Source: Prorocentrum cordatum
Taxonomy: Eukaryota
Length of the DNA: 64,000 bases
Direction: 5' to 3'
Assembly (NCBI GenBank): GCA_963575745.1
Contig: CAUYUJ010000295.1
Span: 1 to 64,000, forward strand
Below are positions 61,787-64,000 of this stretch, piece by piece. The first letter of the stretch is position 1; each line of letters starts with the position of its first letter. The notes below the pieces were generated by a model that was not told the DNA's origin, searched no databases, and saw nothing but the letters and a program-made list of their open reading frames with translations. A program made the position numbers and the translations under genes.

Positions 61787-62449
61787 CTGAGGGGCAGCAG
61801 CCGAGGGGGCCCAGGGGCACACAAAATTATGCGCACAAATCCCAGGATGCCCCATTTTTTTGTGTATATATATATATATATATATTCTGTGTTTTTGTCT
61901 TCCCCCACTTCCCATATTTCCAAATATTTTCCCTGGGGTCGGCGAATAATTTGACTACCTACCAGACCACCCCAACCCAACCCGAAGACCCGAATTTCGG
62001 GTTGGGGGGGGTAAGGGTTCCACATGTGTTTTTTCGATATTTCCCGGACCCCCCCCCACTGGAAATCGAGGGTAAATCTGAGCCTTCGGGTTGGGTTGGG
62101 GTGGTTTGGTGGGTGGTGATAATTGTCTGTATGCTTTTCTCCTTCCTGAACAACAGGGTCACCGAGAGCAGAAGGTCGGCGGCGGGCGAGGGGGGGAAGT
62201 GAGAGGAGAAGGCCTTCTCGGAAGGCTCGGAAGTCCCCCTGGCCTTCCGAGGAGTTTCCTATAGGCCTTCCCCGAAGACAAACGAAAACTTCTTAGAAGG
62301 CGAGAGGGCCTCTGAGAAGTCCCGCTGCCTTCTGAGAAGGCCCTGTCCTTCTCATTTCCCCCCCCCTCGCTCGCCGCCGAGAACCCCCACCCCAAATAAC
62401 ACGATGGAGACGTGGCCTCACTGAAGTCGCACACTCGAAAGCGAGGGAT

Positions 62450-62900
62450 ATCGAAACCGAGGCCGACCTCACATCGAGAACAGAAGAGCCCCTGACACTC
62501 ATCCGCCGACCCTGTCGGCGTGTGTGAAAGAGCTTTTCCATTCGACCCCGGCTTTTCCGTTGGAATCGTCGACTCCGTCCTCCCCTGTTCAATTTGCCTG
62601 GGCCCCCTTCCTCATACGCACTGTCCAAAGCAAAATTGAACAACATCGGAGTGGAATCGAAGGGAAGCCGCTTCCCCTTGATCCCTTCCCCGCGACGGGG
62701 GGGTTCATCGAGAACAGCAGAACCCCCAACCCTAAGAACACGATGAAGACGTGGCCTCAACGAGGTACCCGTCTTTGCACATTAGGGATCATGCATCTGG
62801 ACGCTTTAGTCCGCTACATCTGCAGAAGAGGCCCCGTCTCTAATGTTTTTGGCCCTCCCAACTTAGGTCCCCTCCCCAAGGGTTAGGGGTCCTTTTTTGG
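62450..62900 (-). pseudogene. LINE reverse-transcriptase relic
   Basis: GIKGKRLPFDSTPMLFNFALD resembles GIKQGCPLSP.LFN..LD. Confidence 0.55.
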
Positions 62901-64000
62901 CTACTCACAAGGGGGACCTGGCTCGAGGGAGGGTAGGACGACGACGCACGACGGCGTTCGAGGTTCGAGGCTCTCGAGAACGGTTTCGTCGGCCCCCCGG
63001 CGGCTTTCCACCAAACTTGGGGGCGTCTCCCAGCGGCTATACACCGCGGCGAGAGGTGCCCGGACGGCCGCCAGAGACGCGAGCTGCAGTAGGAGCTCGA
63101 CCACAAGAGACCTTCCACACGGCACCAAACCCTGAGACGCCAAGACGTCCATCGACTTTTTTGGTGTGGGGACGTCAGGCTCTCCATCGCAAAACCATCG
63201 AAACCATCGAAACCCAGGGCACCCTGGAGGCAAGCAGGGTGTTTCTTGGCATGGGTCTCCACTGCATGGCCCGAAAACCAGTCGGAGGTAACTGCCTCCG
63301 TAAAGGGGCCCGGGCAGACTCAAACAAATCCATACAAAACCGTCACACCTGGGAAAAAGACATGTTCGACATACTGGCTGTTCTCATCTTGACAGCGTTC
63401 AGTTCGGCCCAGTGGGCCCCCCAGATCTTCAAACGACGGCCCCAAGTTGGTGTCGAGACAACCCCGGGGTCGGTGCCTGGCACCCCGTGGATCGGTCCAC
63501 CTCGAGAAAGATCGGCGACTCGTGGATCGCCAGAGCGCTCCGCCATGTTCGCCGATGCTAGTTGGGCCACTCGGGCATGTTCAACAAGAGTTAGTTCGGG
63601 CATGTCCCCCTTCAGGGGACTTTCGGACGACAAATAAAAAATGCTTCCAAAATGCTCAAATATAATGCAAAATAATTGAGAAATCATCCCCAGACTGTTG
63701 TTTGACTATTGTTGAATGTTCCTCCTGTAGAGGGACATGCCCGACATAAAACTAGAGGCCTCCTAGATGGGGTCGGAGTAGATGGGGTCGGGGGATCGCG
63801 CGGCATCGCCGACGCATCGGCGATGCATCGCCGATGCATTGGCGATGCAACGGCGACGTCAGCGATGCATCGGCGACGACGGCGTGGAGAGCATCATCGG
63901 GCCCCACATCGAGCCGCACCGGCGATGCATCGGCCATGCGGAGCGATCCACCGACCCCATCTACTCCGACCCCATCTATGAGGCCTAGATTTACGAGGCA

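Overview
Eukaryotic, GC-rich, repeat-saturated DNA, almost certainly from a dinoflagellate: it has a 20/22 relict DinoSL spliced leader, GC-AG and GA-AG introns, and all genes on one strand. The repeat landscape resembles Prorocentrum, but that is inference. Three intron-split genes lie on the minus strand: (1) the last three exons of a DNA topoisomerase III-like gene (Cys-rich C-terminus, 61786->50710); (2) an apparently complete ~610-aa NCS2/AzgA-related nucleobase permease in about 9 exons (26734->13895); (3) one internal RBX1 exon (1077->994). The rest is (GGA)n/(CCT)n and (TA)n/(TATG)n tracts, a 77-bp minisatellite, at least 8 MITE-like families with different target-site duplication (TSD) lengths, two decayed Copia-like elements whose 269-bp LTRs carry a spliced-leader relict, and decayed APE-RT LINEs. 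Main result: four of the eight permease introns are ~200-bp terminal-inverted-repeat (TIR) elements of two families with 5-bp TSDs (introners). One builds a perfect GT-AG intron out of its TSD. Two others restore conserved protein motifs only if excised at non-canonical boundaries, which points to hairpin-defined non-canonical splicing or a recently inactivated gene. Almost all entries in the supplied ORF track are artefacts of low-complexity or repeat DNA. All protein-family assignments are by-eye motif recognition, not database searches.
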